The translations under genes were made by a program, and so were the position numbers. Shown in pieces: positions 25,813-34,638 of a stretch of 64,000 bases of DNA. The DNA lies in assembly GCA_963748015.1 (NCBI GenBank), contig CAVVHE010000008.1, positions 608,001 to 672,000 on the forward strand. The letters run 5' to 3'. This DNA comes from Terriglobia bacterium. GTDB taxonomy: Bacteria; Acidobacteriota; Polarisedimenticolia; Polarisedimenticolales; JAIQFR01. Position 1 is the stretch's first letter. Every line of letters starts with the position of its first letter. Under the pieces are notes generated by a model. That model worked only from the letters and a program-made list of their open reading frames with translations. It was not told the origin of the DNA and did no database searches.

Positions 25813-26586
25813 ATGGATACGTGGAAATTCTACGACATCACTCACCGTGAGCACGTCCTGTGCAACCCCATGAATGAGGCGGCGCTGGCGCGGCTTGTCG
25901 ATCTCCTCCGCCTACCGCCGGACGCTCGCGTGGTCGACATCGCGTGTGGCAAGGGCGAGTTCCTGATCCGTCTGGCTGAAGCCTACGGGGTGCGTGGCAA
26001 AGGCATCGACATCTCTCCCTATTTTGTCCTCGCTGCAGAAGCAAGGCTCAAAGCCCGGGCGCCGGCGGCGAACGTGACCTTCACGCAGATGGACGGTGCC
26101 GATTTCAGACCTGACAAGCCGCACAGTCTCAAGCTGGCTTCGTGTATCGGAGCCAGCTGGATCTTCGGTGGATACGCTGGCACGCTGGATGCGCTGGTGA
26201 GCATGGTCGAGCCCGACGGTTGGGTGATCGCCGGCGAGCCCTATTGGCTGCGGGAGCCGTCAGAGGACTATCTCGAGGCCTCTGGGGAAACCAGAGAAGG
26301 CTTCGGCACCCACGCCTCGAATGTCGAGGCCGGTGAGCGGCGAGGGCTCGATCTCGTCTACACGCTCGTGAGCAGCCCGGACGATTGGGACCGCTACGAG
26401 GGCCTTCAGTGGTACGCAACGGCCGAGCACGCTCGCACTTGTCCGGATGATCCGGATCTCGCGGAACTGGTCCGGCGAGTCGCCAAGAACAAGGCGGTGT
26501 ACCTGCAATGGGGCAGAGACTCCGTAGGCTGGGCGATCTACGTCTTTCGGCGTTGCACCACTGAAGGCGCCAACCAGGCTACCTGA
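25813..26586 (+). CDS. Class I SAM-dependent methyltransferase
   Basis: VVDIACGKGE, GIDIS, CIGASWIFGG. Confidence 0.88.
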   Translation: MDTWKFYDITHREHVLCNPMNEAALARLVDLLRLPPDARVVDIACGKGEFLIRLAEAYGVRGKGIDISPYFVLAAEARLKARAPAANVTFTQMDGADFRPDKPHSLKLASCIGASWIFGGYAGTLDALVSMVEPDGWVIAGEPYWLREPSEDYLEASGETREGFGTHASNVEAGERRGLDLVYTLVSSPDDWDRYEGLQWYATAEHARTCPDDPDLAELVRRVAKNKAVYLQWGRDSVGWAIYVFRRCTTEGANQAT

Positions 26587-26640
26587 CTGCTGCATGCGGC
26601 GGACGGCGTCATGCGCCGCCGCTGATGCGGAGCGTCAGGC
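26581..26640 (+). repeat. attC-like site (60 bp) with GAC/GTC cores
   Basis: ACCTGAC...GTCAGGC; resembles 23927-23986. Confidence 0.7.
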
Positions 26641-26737
26641 GGGCACGGAGAGGCCGTGATGCCTGATCTGCGGTCCGTCTCATTTTCGACGGAGGGTTGG
26701 CGACTCACCCAGAAAGACCGCGCGATGCGTGCCTGGG

Positions 26738-26900
26738 GATAGCGTACCGTAAGTGTCGCACTTGTGAAGGGCAGGCCTCCAACTGGTTTGCTTGGAATCG
26801 CCAAAGACCAAGGCCAGAAAGGAGGACCACCCCGTGGAAACTGATACACCGAAGGCGAGGCTCGGTAAGGTCATCCCGATCGACGAGGCGCAGTTGCAGG
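26738..26900 (+). mobile_element. Remnant left end of an IS256-like element with a truncated transposase start
   Basis: GATAGCGTACCGTAAGTGTCGCACTT end-like sequence, AAAGGAGG RBS, GTG 26834 METDTPKARLGKVIPIDEAQLQ (recalled resemblance). Confidence 0.5.
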
Positions 26901-26919
26901 ATGGGAGTGGGGACGAGGC

Positions 26920-26983
26920 GCCTGAAGTTCGCGGGCAGGGGCGGACCGCTGCGCGGCCCGCGGTTGGCCCGCGGTCGTTGGGC
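26920..26983 (+). repeat. Degenerate attC (64 bp)
   Basis: GCCTGAA...CCGCTGCGCGGCCCGCG...GTTGGGC. Confidence 0.65.
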
Positions 26984-27015
26984 GGACCAGATCAGATAAG
27001 GCGAGGCTGAACAGA

Positions 27016-27606
27016 ATGGATATCGGTGAAGCACAGTTGGAAGTTCGCACCCGATTCCTCGGGGGCTTCTACGGGCAGACCGTCTCTGGCTTACTGTGGG
27101 TTGTGTCGGCGGGTCTGGCGACCTGGAGCAGCCCACGCGCGGCCATCACGACATTGGTCGTGGGCGGCTTTTTCATCTTCCCGGCCACGGAGCTGCTCAT
27201 CCGTCTCGCGGGAACCAAGGGCCCGCTGAGCGCGACCAACTCGCTTCGCTACCTGGGCATGCAGGTGGCGTTCGTCTTGCCGTTGTCGATGCCCCTCCTT
27301 CTCCCGGTCGGTCTGTATCGTCTGAACTGGTTCTATCCGGCAATGATGATGCTCTTGGGAGCCCACTATCTGCCATTTGTGTTTCTCTACGGGATGCGGA
27401 TGTTCGGAGCGCTCGCGGCCTTGGTCGCGGGCGGCGGGCTGGTCATCGCCATGTACGGTTCAGGCAGTTTCAACGTCGGTGCGTGGTACACGGGCGGGAC
27501 GCTTCTCCTCTTTGCGGGCATCGGGGGAGCGATTGTGCAACGTGAAGCGAGAGCAGGCGCCGCCCGGGAGCGCGTTGCAGCGGCCGCCGCTTCGCGGCGC
27601 CGCTGA
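27016..27606 (+). CDS. Multi-pass membrane protein; reads through a decayed attC
   Basis: About six hydrophobic helices; GAHYLPFVFLYG. Confidence 0.8.
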   Translation: MDIGEAQLEVRTRFLGGFYGQTVSGLLWVVSAGLATWSSPRAAITTLVVGGFFIFPATELLIRLAGTKGPLSATNSLRYLGMQVAFVLPLSMPLLLPVGLYRLNWFYPAMMMLLGAHYLPFVFLYGMRMFGALAALVAGGGLVIAMYGSGSFNVGAWYTGGTLLLFAGIGGAIVQREARAGAARERVAAAAASRRR

Positions 27607-27621
27607 ACGCGACGGTCATCC
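27562..27621 (+). repeat. Degenerate attC (60 bp)
   Basis: GCCCGGG..GCGTTGCAGCGG...CCGCTGAACGC..GTCATCC. Confidence 0.6.
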
Positions 27622-27679
27622 GATTGACGCTCGAACCCTGCGCCGGATCCTGCGCGAGGAGCTGCGGAAGGCCGGGTGA
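27620..27679 (+). pseudogene. C-terminal remnant resembling a BrnA/CopG-type antitoxin
   Basis: PIDARTLRRILREELRKAG* with no start. Confidence 0.45.
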
Positions 27680-27692
27680 TGAATTCAGCGCG

Positions 27693-27756
27693 GACCAACA
27701 ATCGGCTTCGGGCGGCGGGCCGCCGCGCGGCCGCGGCCGATGCCGGGCCGTCAGGC
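27693..27756 (+). repeat. Degenerate attC (64 bp), GTC core
   Basis: GACCAAC...GTCAGGC. Confidence 0.65.
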
Positions 27757-27779
27757 GCTCGATGAAACAGGGGAGGACG

Positions 27780-28067
27780 ATGCACATGCGTTGGCACCTC
27801 CGGGGTTTGCTGGCTGTGGTGGTGATCGTCGGTCTGACTGGCTGCGCGGTGAAGCGGAAGAGCCCCGATGTGGGTTTGCCGAAACGCGCTGCGGTTGACG
27901 TGCCGGATCATTTCATGGTTTCCACGGCCGCAGGCGCGGTGGAGCCACGGCCAAATGACGGTTGCCGGAGCCCCATCATCGACCCCCGCAATGGGGCGCG
28001 GCTCGGGCTGATCCGGTCCGCCGAGGGTCGAGGCGACTACGAGCCCCAGTCGCCAGGCGCTAGCTGA
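27780..28067 (+). pseudogene. Lipoprotein, probably 3'-truncated
   Basis: GGAGGA RBS, lipobox LTGC; abuts an unrelated gene fragment. Confidence 0.55.
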
Positions 28068-28420
28068 CGCTGCTCCACGGCGATGTCGTGTCGGAACTCA
28101 TCGCTCTCAAGGCCCAACCGGGCCCCGACCTGCAGGTGATTGGCAGCGGCAATTTGATTCATACGCTCCAGGCGGCCTCACTGATCGACGAGTACAACGT
28201 GTGGACTTTTCCGGTGGTGCTGGGGCGGGGCAAGCGCCTCTTCGCGGAGACCGCAAAGCCGTCGGCGCTGCGCTTGGTTCGCTCTCAGGTGTCGGTCACC
28301 GGCGTTGTGATGAGTACCTATGTACCAGGCGGCGATATCGGAGTCGGTGCGTTCGCGAGCGCCGAGCCGAGCGAGAAGGAGTTGGCCCGGCGCAAGAAGA
28401 TGGCGAGTGGGACTTGGTGA
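28064..28420 (+). pseudogene. C-terminal half of a dihydrofolate reductase/RibD-C family protein
   Basis: LKAQPGPDLQVIGSGNLIHTL..LIDEY..PVVLGRGKRLF; N-terminus missing. Confidence 0.8.
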
Positions 28421-28632
28421 TGGGACGAGGACGGTGCGCGCTGGCCCCTCACTCGAGCCGACGCCGCGTCGTGGCGCGGCCTGGCTGGGCGTCAAGTTGC
28501 TCGAAGCCCCCGTGAGAGCGTAATGATCCGCGCCCGCCCGCCGCGGATGAGCGTGGGCGCCACACCGTCAACGCGAAAGCCCGTGAAGCCGCGCAGGGAT
28601 GGCGAAGGCTCCAATTGTGATGGAGAAGCGTC

Positions 28633-29118
28633 ATGATGAAGATAGCAAAGAGCACGGTTTGCCTTTGGTACGACGGGAGCGCCGAGGATGCGGCACGGTT
28701 TTACGCCGCGACCTTTCCGGACTCTTCCGTAAACGCTGTGCACCGCGCACCGGGGGACTTTCCGTCCGGGAAGGAAGGGGATGTGTTGACGGTCTGGTTC
28801 ACCGTGATGGGCATTCCGTGCCTCGGACTCAACGGGGGACCTGCGTTCAAGCACAACGAGGCGTTCTCGTTTCAGGTCGCAACCGCCGACCAGGCCGAGA
28901 CGGATCGCTACTGGAACGCGATTGTCGGAAATGGCGGCCAGGAGAGTGCCTGCGGCTGGTGCAAGGACAAGTGGGGTGTGGCCTGGCAGATCACGCCGCT
29001 GGCCCTGACGAGAGCGATCACCGATCCCGATCCCGCTGCGGCCAAGCGGGCGTTCGACGCGATGATGACGATGCGAAAGATCGACATCGCCTTGATCGAG
29101 GCCGCGCGCCGCGGCTGA
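28633..29118 (+). CDS. VOC/PhnB-like protein (3-demethylubiquinone-9 3-methyltransferase family)
   Basis: CLWYDGSAEDAARFY..LNGGPAFKHNEAFSF..CGWCKDKWGVAWQI. Confidence 0.88.
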   Translation: MMKIAKSTVCLWYDGSAEDAARFYAATFPDSSVNAVHRAPGDFPSGKEGDVLTVWFTVMGIPCLGLNGGPAFKHNEAFSFQVATADQAETDRYWNAIVGNGGQESACGWCKDKWGVAWQITPLALTRAITDPDPAAAKRAFDAMMTMRKIDIALIEAARRG

Positions 29119-29128
29119 GATGCCGGCG

Positions 29129-29192
29129 GTCTGACACCCGGACGTAGCGGCCGGCCCGCTTCGCGGTCCGCCGCTGATCCGAAACTTCAGAC
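29129..29192 (+). repeat. Degenerate attC (64 bp)
   Basis: GTCTGAC...TTCAGAC with GGCGGTCTGA/TCAGACCGCC arms. Confidence 0.65.
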
Positions 29193-29198
29193 CGCCGA

Positions 29199-29831
29199 TT
29201 GGAGCGGAATTTGGTCAATCCAAGCGAAGCCAGCGGGAAAGGAGCGGACGCGTACGCGCGATGCGGTTGGGCCCGAACGCCGCTCGGCATCGTCTACCAC
29301 GACACAGAGTGGGGCGTACCCGTCCACGACGACGTGATCCTCTTCGAGTTCCTGACCCTCGAGGGTGCCCAGGCAGGGTTGAGTTGGGAGACAATCCTCA
29401 AGAAGCGCGAGAACTACCGCGAAGCTTTCGCCGGTTTCGATCCGGAGCGCGTGGCGCGATTCACGTCGGCCCGAGTCGAGCGTCTGCTCGGGAATCCTGG
29501 AATTGTCCGTAACCGCCTCAAGGTCGCAAGCACGGTGGGCAACGCGCAGGCCGTTCTTGCGCTCCAACGCGAGTTCGGGAGTTTCGATGCCTATCTATGG
29601 GGGTTCGTTGGCGGAGTCCCCCGAGTGAACCGCTGGCGCACGCTCCGGCAGGTGCCCGCGCGCACGCGGGAGTCAGATGCCCTGAGTCGCGATCTCCGAA
29701 GCCGAGGCTTCACTTTCGTCGGCTCGACAATTTGCTACGCTCTCATGCAGGCTGTGGGCATGGTCAACGACCACACGATCGATTGCTTTCGGCACGAACA
29801 AGCAGGGCGGAGTACGAGGGGCGCTGTCTAG
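29199..29831 (+). CDS. tag: DNA-3-methyladenine glycosylase I
   Basis: RCGW..YHDTEWGVP..LEGAQAGLSWETIL..IVRNRLK..GMVNDHTIDC. Confidence 0.93.
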   Translation: MERNLVNPSEASGKGADAYARCGWARTPLGIVYHDTEWGVPVHDDVILFEFLTLEGAQAGLSWETILKKRENYREAFAGFDPERVARFTSARVERLLGNPGIVRNRLKVASTVGNAQAVLALQREFGSFDAYLWGFVGGVPRVNRWRTLRQVPARTRESDALSRDLRSRGFTFVGSTICYALMQAVGMVNDHTIDCFRHEQAGRSTRGAV

Positions 29832-29890
29832 CAAGCGCGTGCAGGCGACCGGCCGCTGCGCGGCCCGCGGCTGAACGCGCGTCGTCATGC
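29826..29890 (+). repeat. Degenerate attC (65 bp)
   Basis: GTCTAGC...CCGCTGCGCGGCCCGCGGCTGA...GTCATGC. Confidence 0.72.
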
Positions 29891-29951
29891 GGTTCTACCC
29901 GATCTCGCGACGGATGCGTGTGGCAAGGTCGTCAACGGAGGAGCCGAAGGG

Positions 29952-30569
29952 ATGACGGCGACGTTCTGGGAGAAGCGGGCCGACAAGTACGACCGGGTCA
30001 TTCAGAAGCACGACGCCGCTTACGACCGGACGATCACGAGGGCGAAAGCGCTTCTCTCGACCTCCGATGTCGTGTTGGATGTTGGCTGTGCATCGGGTGA
30101 GTACAGCCTGGACGTCGCACCTGCCGTAAGGCGGGTCCATGGAATCGACACATCGGCCAACATGATCGCGCGAGCAAGGAAGAAGGCGAGCGACCGTCGA
30201 ATGGAGAATGTGACGTTCGGCCCGTCCGACGTGTTCGATCGATCGCTAGATGCGCACGGCTATACGGCGGTGCTCGCCTTCAGTGTCCTGCATCTGGTCG
30301 AAACAACCCGCCCGGTGTTGCACCGGATCAACGAACTCTTGCCAACGGCCGGGTTGTTGATCTCGGAAACACCGTGTATGGGTGAAAGGGACCTCCTGTT
30401 CAAGCTGGTCGTTGGATTGGCCCAAAAGGTGAAGTTCGCACCGCCGATGCTCAGCCTTACCGTTCTTGAGCTCGAAGCCGAAATAGCGCAAGCGGGCTTC
30501 GATATTGCCGAATCGGAGGTATGGGACCGCGCGAGGGCAGTCCATTGGATCGTCGCCAGAAAGCGGTAA
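29952..30569 (+). CDS. Class I SAM-dependent methyltransferase
   Basis: VLDVGCASG, GIDTSANMI, AFSVLHLV. Confidence 0.85.
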   Translation: MTATFWEKRADKYDRVIQKHDAAYDRTITRAKALLSTSDVVLDVGCASGEYSLDVAPAVRRVHGIDTSANMIARARKKASDRRMENVTFGPSDVFDRSLDAHGYTAVLAFSVLHLVETTRPVLHRINELLPTAGLLISETPCMGERDLLFKLVVGLAQKVKFAPPMLSLTVLELEAEIAQAGFDIAESEVWDRARAVHWIVARKR

Positions 30570-30611
30570 ACTGCGAGCCGAAGGGGTTTCGCGCCATGGT
30601 GCGCTGCGGCC

Positions 30612-30685
30612 ACCTAGCAATGCGCTGCAGCTGACGGGCAGCGCTCTGCGCGGCCTGTCCGCAGTTGAGCGCCGATCCGTTGGGC
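30612..30685 (+). repeat. attC (74 bp), R'' core AAC>AGC
   Basis: ACCTAGC..GCGCTGCAGCTG...CAGTTGAGCGC..GTTGGGC. Confidence 0.75.
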
Positions 30686-30718
30686 GGACCAGACGCCGTT
30701 ACGCGAAAGGGGCACGAT

Positions 30719-31228
30719 GTGAAGGCCAAGGTCGATCGCCGCACGGTTGATCTATCCGGATACCCGGACCTCGTGGTGGTTTACCTGGGCATGCGAGTCA
30801 ACGCAATCGTGGGGGTCAAGACGGTCCTGGGCTTTGGGCCGAAGATCGCGAAGTCGGTGGGGGCCCATCCGGAAGGGCTTCTGTTGCACGAGAGCCTGAT
30901 TCTCTCGTTGTTCCCGCCGCATGTCGGAATGCGCCAGTACTGGCGTGACTTTGTGTCTTTGGAGTCATGGGCGCGGTCCGAACCCCATCGTGCGTGGTGG
31001 CGGCAGTTCTTGAAGAACTCGGGCGGCACAGGCTTTTGGCACGAAGCCTACTTCATGCGCGGAGGCATGGAGGCGGTCTATGACGACATGGTAAAGAACA
31101 CGGGCTTCCTCTGTTTCGCTCCTGCCCAGGCGGCGCGTGGGAAGATGTATTCCGCCCGAGGGCGCGCACAACGGCGGGGGGAAGAAGGAGGACCAGCGCC
31201 AGTTGGCGAAGAGGAGTTGTACTCGTGA
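30719..31228 (+). CDS. DUF4188 / monooxygenase-like ferredoxin-fold protein
   Basis: LVVVYLGMRVN..RQYWRDFVSLESWARSEPHRAWW..GFWHEAY. Confidence 0.8.
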   Translation: MKAKVDRRTVDLSGYPDLVVVYLGMRVNAIVGVKTVLGFGPKIAKSVGAHPEGLLLHESLILSLFPPHVGMRQYWRDFVSLESWARSEPHRAWWRQFLKNSGGTGFWHEAYFMRGGMEAVYDDMVKNTGFLCFAPAQAARGKMYSARGRAQRRGEEGGPAPVGEEELYS

Positions 31229-31256
31229 CGTCGACGGATCGTATGCGCGGCGTGCC

Positions 31257-31327
31257 GCCCGACAACGGCATGCACGTGCCGCAAGGGGCACGCCGGTTCT
31301 GCCCGGAAGTTGCGCCGAGCGCTGGAC
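31257..31327 (+). repeat. Degenerate attC (71 bp)
   Basis: GCCCGAC...GCTGGAC. Confidence 0.5.
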
Positions 31328-31336
31328 GGCAACAAG

Positions 31337-31786
31337 ATGAAGACCACTGAGGACTGGCCGCACAACCTGCCGATCTTTCGCCGGGCGCATCGCGCCGAGT
31401 CGCCCGACGGAACGGTCGTCGCCGAAATCGAAACGGCGCGTGAAGTAGGTATGAGCAATCCGACCGCAGGATTGCTGCGGCTTTCAACAGGAATGACCAT
31501 TCCGAATTGCAATCCGAGTTTTGTGTGGTCGGATGATTCGCGCTACCTCGCTGTTCCCGAGTGGTCGAGGCGGGGCTTGCTGCGGGGACTGCAGTTGTTG
31601 ATTGTCGAACATGCGAGTAATGAAGTGTTTGTCGCTCGTTGGGTCTGGGGCTTCGTTCAGCCGCACACGTTTCGCAACGGCGAACTCGTGGCCCTTCTGC
31701 ACCCGACACGAAGGCGGCCGACGCAGGTATCATGGCGAATTCCGGATGAGTTGCCACGAATGCAGCGCTGGAGTCGCGCCGTCTGA
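31337..31786 (+). CDS. Hypothetical protein with short propeller-like repeats
   Basis: SPDG..EVGMSNPT.G.L..CNPSFVWSDDSRYLAVPEW. Confidence 0.7.
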   Translation: MKTTEDWPHNLPIFRRAHRAESPDGTVVAEIETAREVGMSNPTAGLLRLSTGMTIPNCNPSFVWSDDSRYLAVPEWSRRGLLRGLQLLIVEHASNEVFVARWVWGFVQPHTFRNGELVALLHPTRRRPTQVSWRIPDELPRMQRWSRAV

Positions 31787-31842
31787 GCGCTGCGTGGAGC
31801 CGAACGCCCATCCGGGCACGCCGCGGAACCGGAGCGTTGGGT
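31781..31842 (+). repeat. Degenerate attC (62 bp)
   Basis: GTCTGAG...GTTGGGT. Confidence 0.5.
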
Positions 31843-31891
31843 CGACAAGGGTAGCGCGTCGCAGGTCGATGCCGAGGAACAGAGGAACGCC

Positions 31892-32278
31892 GTGAATGCC
31901 GAGATGACGAAACTGCCGACGCGGGAGGAGTTCGATCAGCAACTAGCGGCGGCCAAGCTGGTGTCACGTCAGCATGGGCGTGTGTTGGCTCTCACCAGCG
32001 TTGGGCTCGGCCTGGCCCAGCTGGTCTTCCTGCGGTGGGCGGAAGGGCATCTTGCGCGCGGGCCCCGGCTAGCCATCGCAGGGATCGCGTTCCTTGCGTA
32101 CGCGGCGCTAATCGGAGCCTTGCTGTGGCGATTGGAGCGGCGACTGGGCCGTGTGCGTCCCACCTGCCCGCAGTGCGGCGTCGCGCTCAAGGGCATGTCG
32201 GAGCGCGTTGCGGCCGCAACGGGAAAGTGTGGCAGCTGTGGCGGATGGATACTGGATCGAGAGGATCGGCAGGCATGA
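31892..32278 (+). CDS. Two-TM protein with C-terminal zinc ribbon
   Basis: CPQCG...CGSCG. Confidence 0.7.
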   Translation: MNAEMTKLPTREEFDQQLAAAKLVSRQHGRVLALTSVGLGLAQLVFLRWAEGHLARGPRLAIAGIAFLAYAALIGALLWRLERRLGRVRPTCPQCGVALKGMSERVAAATGKCGSCGGWILDREDRQA

Positions 32279-32299
32279 GCGGGCGCGCGGCACGGGGCG

Positions 32300-32381
32300 G
32301 CCCAGCACTCGATATGAAGCGGTCCAAACGGCACGCAGCGGACGGCGCTGCGCGGCCGCGGCGGATGCCGGGCCGTCAGAC
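32300..32381 (+). repeat. Degenerate attC, GTC core
   Basis: GCCCAGC...GCTGCGCGGCCGCGGCGGATGCCGGGCC-GTCAGAC. Confidence 0.55.
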
Positions 32382-32523
32382 GCGCGGAAGGCATCGAACG
32401 AAATGAGAGCCGTACCTCTTGCCGCCGTGCTTGCAGCCGGGGTTGGCCTTGCGCCGGCACAGACGACGGTGCCCCCGCCTGGGCACCCCACGTAGGCCGT
32501 CGCAGTCGGAGGTCATTGCTGCC

Positions 32524-32844
32524 ATGCCGAACGGACACGGTGGAGTGCCTTTCCTCGGCTACCCGGTCTTCCTGGCGGTCATGTTCGCCATCTTCGCCGG
32601 GCTCCCTCTCGAGGCCCCGCTCGGCTGGGCGTGGGTCTCCATCTGCCTGGTGCTCGCCGCGCTCACCGGCTGGCGGTTGGCGTACGATCTACACATGCGA
32701 GGGGCTGACGAGTACGGCGGGGCCTACACGCCTCCCGATGCGTACCGGCGAGCCTCCCGGCGGTATCGGCTGCTGGCGGTCGCGTACGCGGTTCTCGCCA
32801 CGACCGTCGGTCTTGGAGTCCTGTGGTGGCGTGGCCTGCCATAG
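32524..32844 (+). CDS. Small membrane protein
   Basis: GGAGGT RBS, three hydrophobic helices. Confidence 0.65.
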   Translation: MPNGHGGVPFLGYPVFLAVMFAIFAGLPLEAPLGWAWVSICLVLAALTGWRLAYDLHMRGADEYGGAYTPPDAYRRASRRYRLLAVAYAVLATTVGLGVLWWRGLP

Positions 32845-32852
32845 CGGCTACG

Positions 32853-33284
32853 GTGAACGAGAAAGCCGTGTTCGACAGAGACTCGGGACACACCTTCGCT
32901 CCCGGCTTCCGGCTGTCGCGGCTCGACGTGACGATCCTCGTCGTCGGCGTGGCGGTCGCGCTCGCGCTCTCGATGGCGGTCCCCTGGTGCGGACTCGTCG
33001 TCGGCCTCGTGCTCGGACATTTCTTCCTGTTCTGCAACGTCGTGCGCCTGTCCCGGTCTCTCGAGCTCGTGTGGGCTGCCGTGTTCACGACCCTCGCCGC
33101 AGCGACCGTCGCGCTGGACGCTCCGGGTTGGTCGGTCACGGTCTCGGTCTCGCTCGTCGCAACTATGGCGGTCGTCGTGGTCGAGATGCGGAAGCGGTCT
33201 TACCATGGGGTCGGCTGGCAGTGGATCAACCCGGGGCTGCCGGATTGGTGGAGATCGCGGGGGTCCAGGAGCGGCGGCGGCTAG
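32853..33284 (+). CDS. Small membrane protein
   Basis: FAPGFRLSRLD..HFFLFCNVVR..SYHGVGWQWINP. Confidence 0.7.
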   Translation: MNEKAVFDRDSGHTFAPGFRLSRLDVTILVVGVAVALALSMAVPWCGLVVGLVLGHFFLFCNVVRLSRSLELVWAAVFTTLAAATVALDAPGWSVTVSVSLVATMAVVVVEMRKRSYHGVGWQWINPGLPDWWRSRGSRSGGG

Positions 33285-33381
33285 CGACGCGTCCTGACGG
33301 GATGTTCCGTGCGTCACGGCCCGCGCGTTCGACCGCACGGGTCGCGCCAGGTGCTCCCGGCGCTCGGAGGGCACGTCAGGT
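33279..33381 (+). repeat. Last recognisable, degenerate attC (long family)
   Basis: GGCTAGC...GTCACGGCCCGCGCG...CGCACGGGTCGCGCC...GTCAGGT. Confidence 0.55.
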
Positions 33382-33530
33382 CGTCCGAGGGGACCGAGGA
33401 GAACGAAAGGGTGAGGCAGACGCCGCAGAAGCTGCTCGCCGCGTACGTGCGCGTGTTCGAGCGACGACGTCGCACGCGGTGTTGCCGGCCGCGCATGCAC
33501 TTCCGAGCCCCCAAGCAAGGAGGGAAGGCC

Positions 33531-34139
33531 GTGAAGATGACTTCGACTCTCCGTGCGCTCTCCCTCGTGGTACTCGCCGTCGCATTCTTCCCGGCGGTCG
33601 CTGCGCACGCACAGACGCCCCCCGCCGGGCCGGCCGCGGCGTCGAAGGCCCCGGCGCCCGGCTCGGTCCCGGTCGCCGACGTGGCACCCCGCCCGGAAGA
33701 CGTGTCGACGATGGACGGCATCATCCGGGCGTTCTACGAGGTCATCACCGGGCCGCCCGGTCAGCCTCGCCAGTGGGCGCGCGACCGGACGCTCTACATT
33801 CCCGGGGTCCGCTTAGTGTCCATGAGTGTCGGCAAGGACGGAAAGCCTCGCGCGGAAGTGGCCACGCACCAGGAGTTCGTCGACCGTAGCGACGCCCGGA
33901 TGGTGAAGGGGGGATTCTACGAGCAGGAGCTCCACCGGGTGACGAAGCGGTTCGGCAACATCGCCCACGTCTTCTCGACGTACGAGACTCGCCTTGCGAA
34001 GAACGGCCCCGTGATCGGACGCGGCGTCAACTCCATCGAGTTGTTCTGGGACGGCACCCGCTGGTGGATTGCCTCCGCGATCTGGGACGGCGAGCGGGAC
34101 GACAACCCGCTCCCGAAGGACCTGTCGCCGCCGCGCTGA
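33531..34139 (+). CDS. Secreted NTF2/SnoaL-like protein
   Basis: Signal peptide; DVSTMDGII.AFYEVITGP..FGNIAHVFSTYE..RGVNSIEL. Confidence 0.78.
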   Translation: MKMTSTLRALSLVVLAVAFFPAVAAHAQTPPAGPAAASKAPAPGSVPVADVAPRPEDVSTMDGIIRAFYEVITGPPGQPRQWARDRTLYIPGVRLVSMSVGKDGKPRAEVATHQEFVDRSDARMVKGGFYEQELHRVTKRFGNIAHVFSTYETRLAKNGPVIGRGVNSIELFWDGTRWWIASAIWDGERDDNPLPKDLSPPR

Positions 34140-34266
34140 CCGGGCGAAGCGAGTCCCGACGAATCGGGGGGCGGAAGTCGGAGGCACGACTCCGGCGTGG
34201 TCGATGCGAGGGCGCGCGTGGATCGGGACGGCGGCCGGGCGACCGTCGTCGGAATAGGGGCGACGC

Positions 34267-34638
34267 ATGCGACGGGTAGTCAACATCGCGGAGTGCTTCG
34301 AACGGTTCGCGGACACCTACTCGCCGAAGATCGTGGGCGACGTGAATGGCCAGCACGTCAAGGTGGCCCGGCTCGAGGGCGACAAATGCCCGTGGCACAC
34401 GCACGCGAGCGAGGACGAGCTGTTCTACGTTCTGGAGGGAGTACTCGACATCCACGACGAGGACGAGGTGTTCCGTCTGCGTGCGGGCGAGTTCTATATC
34501 GTGTCCCGCGGGAGGAGGCACCGGGTCGTACCGCAGGGGCACGTCAAGCTCGTGCTGTTCGAGCCGGCCGGCATCGCGCACACGGGGGACGTGCGGGCCG
34601 AGATCACGAGAGACTCGTGCGAGCGGCTCGACGTATGA
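34267..34638 (+). CDS. Cupin domain protein
   Basis: WHTHASEDELFYVLEG..GEFYIV..HR. Confidence 0.85.
   Translation: MRRVVNIAECFERFADTYSPKIVGDVNGQHVKVARLEGDKCPWHTHASEDELFYVLEGVLDIHDEDEVFRLRAGEFYIVSRGRRHRVVPQGHVKLVLFEPAGIAHTGDVRAEITRDSCERLDV

Larger units (their letters stand above)
11157..33381 (+). mobile_element. Chromosomal integron: intI, attI and gene-cassette array (about 30 attC sites, distal ones degenerate)
   Basis: IntI-specific insertion in the integrase; RYYYAAC...GTTRRRY palindromes between short co-oriented ORFs; each cassette's 3' R'' matches its own 5' R'. Confidence 0.95.

Noticed and set aside
28500..28560. Possible attC before the VOC gene
   Set aside because: Only a short GC hairpin with no recognisable cores.
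13103..33381. Repeats with unique spacers read as a CRISPR array
   Set aside because: Repeats are 60-111 bp imperfect palindromes with AAC/GTT ends separated by whole genes; no cas genes. They are attC sites.
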